Positions 47,111 through 49,640 of a stretch of 49,640 nt of DNA are shown piece by piece (positions within the stretch are counted from its first letter, which is position 1; each line of letters starts with the position of its first letter). Below the pieces are notes generated by a model. It ran no database searches and had not been told where the DNA came from. It saw nothing but the letters and a program-made list of their open reading frames with translations. A program made the translations under genes and the position numbers. The stretch comes from Candidatus Izemoplasmataceae bacterium (GTDB taxonomy: Bacteria; Bacillota_I; Bacilli_A; Izemoplasmatales; Izemoplasmataceae), in assembly GCA_965656585.1 (NCBI GenBank), contig CBFHLD010000001.1:1-49640 (forward strand). Direction: 5' to 3'.

Positions 47111-48081
47111 GTGAACTTCAACCGAAATACAAAGAATTACTCGATATCATAAAGGCCCATGAAACCATAATTATCATTCCCCACGCCCGTCCCGATGGCG
47201 ATTGCCTCGGCAGTGCCTTGGGGTTAAAAGATATCATCACAACCAGTTATCCCGAGAAAAAAGTTTTTGCAATCGGCGATGAAACTGGCTACTTAAAATT
47301 TTTGGGTCAACTTGATGTCATTGAAGATGATGTGTTCAAGGAGGCTTTGGTGATTGCGGTCGATACCGCCAATCAAGAACGCTTGGCCGATCAACGATAC
47401 ACGCTCGGCAAAACCTTAGTTAAAATCGATCATCACATTAATATTGATTCGTATGGGGATTTAGAGATTGTCGACACCACTTCTCCAGCTGCCGCGCAGA
47501 TGATTATGGACTTTTATACCATCAATGAGTCCAAACTAAATATGACCGCCCACGGGGCTCAAGCATTATTTACTGGAATCTTAACGGACACGGGTCGGTT
47601 CAAATACGATGGGGTGAGTCAAAGGACTTTTCTTTCGGTTGCGAAGTTATATGAGAATGGCCTCGACCCAAAGCCGGTCTATGAGGCCTTAGAAGTCATG
47701 AGTGAATCATTGATTCGCTTTAGAGGATATGTGTTACTCAATTATCAAAAAACAGATGATGGTGTGGCCTACATTAAAATCACGAAAGATTTGTGTGATG
47801 AATTTAAAGTCACTACCGAAGAAGCATCCAGTTTAGTGAATGAACTCTCGCATTTTGAAGATGCTCCCATATGGGTCCTTTTCAATGAGTATGAAGAAGA
47901 AAAAGTTGTAAGGGCTAGAATTCGCAGTAAAGGACCAAACATCTCAGTCACCGCCAATGGGTTTAATGGCGGGGGCCATGCGAAAGCCAGTGGGGCTAAC
48001 TTAGGGACCTGGGAAGTTGCGGATGAATTGTTAAAAGCCTTGAATGAAGTTGCTAAAACTTATAAATCAGAACAAAAATAG
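47107..48081 (+). CDS. DHH/DHHA1-family phosphoesterase (NrnA-like), paralog 2
   Basis: DHH motifs are PHARPDGDCLGS, AVDTA, KIDHHIN and GILTDTGRF. The DHHA1 motif is NGGGHAKASG. ATGA overlaps paralog 1. Confidence 0.9.
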   Translation: MSELQPKYKELLDIIKAHETIIIIPHARPDGDCLGSALGLKDIITTSYPEKKVFAIGDETGYLKFLGQLDVIEDDVFKEALVIAVDTANQERLADQRYTLGKTLVKIDHHINIDSYGDLEIVDTTSPAAAQMIMDFYTINESKLNMTAHGAQALFTGILTDTGRFKYDGVSQRTFLSVAKLYENGLDPKPVYEALEVMSESLIRFRGYVLLNYQKTDDGVAYIKITKDLCDEFKVTTEEASSLVNELSHFEDAPIWVLFNEYEEEKVVRARIRSKGPNISVTANGFNGGGHAKASGANLGTWEVADELLKALNEVAKTYKSEQK

Positions 48082-48103
48082 AGCCTTATGCTCTATTTTT
48101 TTT
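48077..48103 (+). terminator. Intrinsic terminator after the second DHH gene
   Basis: aatagagc-cttat-gctctatt followed by T8. The stop codon lies within the stem. Confidence 0.8.
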
Positions 48104-48212
48104 ATGTTAAAGTTTGTTAATAAACCGGCATATGGCTGTTAAGCACCCGTAAATTTTGAGCCCTCGTGATAAAATGAAATCGATTGAATCTCATCCTATT
48201 TAAGGAGTCATT

Positions 48213-48878
48213 ATGGCGCGCATATTAGTCGTTGAAGATGAACCCAGTATTCAAAAAATGGTGGCCTATGACATCAAAGAGTTGGGCCATGAAGTAGACG
48301 TAACTAGCAATGGGTCTGAGGGGTTGCAAAAAGCGATGAATACGAGTTATGACATCATCCTTTTGGACTTAATGTTACCGGGCATGAGTGGGTTGGAGAT
48401 TGCTCAAATCTTAAGAAAGAATAATCACAGTGCGCATATCATTATGCTCACTGCCATGGATGAAGAATACCAAAAAATTGAAGGCTTCGAACAAGGCGCC
48501 GATGACTACATCACAAAGCCTTTTTCACCCCGTGAACTCACGGCTCGGATCAAAGCCGTCTTAAGGCGACGGAATAATGAAAACAACGAAGAGATACTCA
48601 TGCATCAAAACATCAAGCTCAACACATTAAGTTACGAAGCTTTTATCGAAGACCATCCGTTGAATCTCACCCTCAAAGAATTTGAACTACTTCAATACTT
48701 GATTCGTAATAAAGGGGTCGTGGTTTCAAGAGATCAACTCCTCAGAAAACTTTGGGGTTACAGTTACGATGGAGATACCAGGGTCGTCGATGTGCATATC
48801 TTTAAACTGAGAGAGAAAATGGATCCTCACGCGGAGATGATTAAAACCGTCCGTGGGATTGGCTATAAATTGGTCTAA
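48213..48878 (+). CDS. OmpR/PhoB-family response regulator (receiver + winged-helix domain)
   Basis: The receiver has ILVVEDE, the phospho-acceptor context IILLDLMLPG, and LTA..., KPF. The winged-helix output domain has LTLKEFELLQYL...VSRDQLL...VVDVHIFKLREKM...IKTVRGIGYKL. Confidence 0.93.
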   Translation: MARILVVEDEPSIQKMVAYDIKELGHEVDVTSNGSEGLQKAMNTSYDIILLDLMLPGMSGLEIAQILRKNNHSAHIIMLTAMDEEYQKIEGFEQGADDYITKPFSPRELTARIKAVLRRRNNENNEEILMHQNIKLNTLSYEAFIEDHPLNLTLKEFELLQYLIRNKGVVVSRDQLLRKLWGYSYDGDTRVVDVHIFKLREKMDPHAEMIKTVRGIGYKLV

Positions 48879-48972
48879 ATTTACTTAATCTTAACGAGAA
48901 AAAAACATTCATGAAACGTTGAAGTTTTACAATTTGATAGATAAATAAAAAATATCTATCTGGAGGATTCAT

Positions 48973-49640
48973 TTGAAAAAATTAACATTAGTTGCAGTTA
49001 CCTTATTAGCAGTCTTAACGCTTGCCGCATGTGGCGGAGGCGATGCACCAATCAATGTGTACACACGCGACACTACTTCAGGAACCCGTGCTGGATTCTT
49101 TGGAGGCATTGGCTATGGAGATGCCGCAGAAGATGACAGCTTACTCGTTGAGGGATTTGTTACCGCGGATAACGATGCACAGTTTAGCGCGATGCAAACC
49201 GACCTTGATGGGATTGGTTATGTATCCTTATATACTTATGTATCAAACCCAACAGCTGTTAAAGGTTTAGCATTTAACGGCGTTGAACCCTCATTAGAAA
49301 CAGCGGCCGATGGGTCATATGAATTAACTCGTCCATTCAACTACATCTTAAGAACCGAATGGGCGAGCGATCGTGACCAAGAAATTGCTGAAGCTTTTGT
49401 CGCATTTATGCTTTCCATTGATGGAGGCGATATCATCGCAGATGAAGGTGCAGCACCCATGGCTACAGCAACCTACACGTGGGACAGTGTTTCTGGTGAT
49501 TATCCAGTATGTTCAACAGACAATAGTGATTTCACTTTAAGATTCCGTGGATCCGATTCCGTTCAAGGAATTGCTGAAGCATTAGCTGCAGCATTTAGCC
49601 CCGAATGTGGAAATGTTGTCACTGACAATAACCACACTGG
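48973..49640 (+). CDS. PstS-family (phosphate-binding-protein-like) lipoprotein with permuted motif order; partial, continues beyond the right edge
   Basis: Absent from the ORF track because it is open-ended. TTG start with GGAGG 6 nt upstream. LKKLTLVAVTLLAVLTLAAC carries the lipobox. INVYTRDTTSGTRAGFF...GIGYVSL...VKGLAFNGVEP...GSYELTRPF resembles the C-terminal half of Bacillus PstS. It is followed by LRFRGSDSVQGIAEALAAAF, which resembles the PstS N-terminal strand/helix. Confidence 0.8.
   Translation, partial: MKKLTLVAVTLLAVLTLAACGGGDAPINVYTRDTTSGTRAGFFGGIGYGDAAEDDSLLVEGFVTADNDAQFSAMQTDLDGIGYVSLYTYVSNPTAVKGLAFNGVEPSLETAADGSYELTRPFNYILRTEWASDRDQEIAEAFVAFMLSIDGGDIIADEGAAPMATATYTWDSVSGDYPVCSTDNSDFTLRFRGSDSVQGIAEALAAAFSPECGNVVTDNNHT

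Noticed and set aside
49022-49270. 82-aa plus-strand ORF from the track
   Set aside because: It is out of frame with the open-ended PstS-like ORF starting at TTG 48973. That ORF has an RBS, a lipoprotein signal peptide and PstS motifs.

Overview
This window is the chromosomal replication-origin region of a low-GC bacterium that uses the standard genetic code. TGA is a stop (28358-28360, 36554-36556) and Trp is TGG. Gene content is lipoprotein-rich and looks Bacillota/Mollicutes-like (Acholeplasma/Izemoplasma type), but the taxon cannot be fixed by eye. The left arm is on the minus strand: fhs (partial, absent from the ORF track), purA, mfd, pth, jag/khpB, yidC, rnpA, rpmH. Next comes oriC: a DnaA-box cluster, dnaA, then a second box pair with a DnaA-trio-like AT-rich element. 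This is followed by dnaN, yaaA, recF, gyrB, gyrA, a T-box with serS, and HIT and HAD genes on the minus strand. After that: pta, a lipid kinase, rnmV, rsmA, spoVG, prs, a T-box with asnS, and MATE / unknown membrane protein / CDF transporter genes. A minus-strand operon (unknown protein, NfeD, RDD, SPFH) and mnmE follow, then dnaX-ybaB-recR. The right quarter (37.3-49.6 kb) is the most unusual part. It holds a CUT1-type ABC importer with its binding lipoprotein, then three further lipoproteins: two carry staphylococcal-nuclease domains, and one 879-aa protein is built only of Ig-like plus OB-like modules. Two tandem DHH/DHHA1 (NrnA-like) phosphoesterases come next, then an OmpR/PhoB-type response regulator with no adjacent kinase, then a PstS-like lipoprotein with permuted motif order (partial, absent from the ORF track). 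I read this block as a candidate surface system for nucleic-acid capture, cleavage, import and finishing, possibly tied to phosphate scavenging; that is a hypothesis. I recognised no rRNA, tRNA, CRISPR array, transposase or phage genes. Most short ORFs in the track are antisense or out-of-frame shadows of conserved genes.
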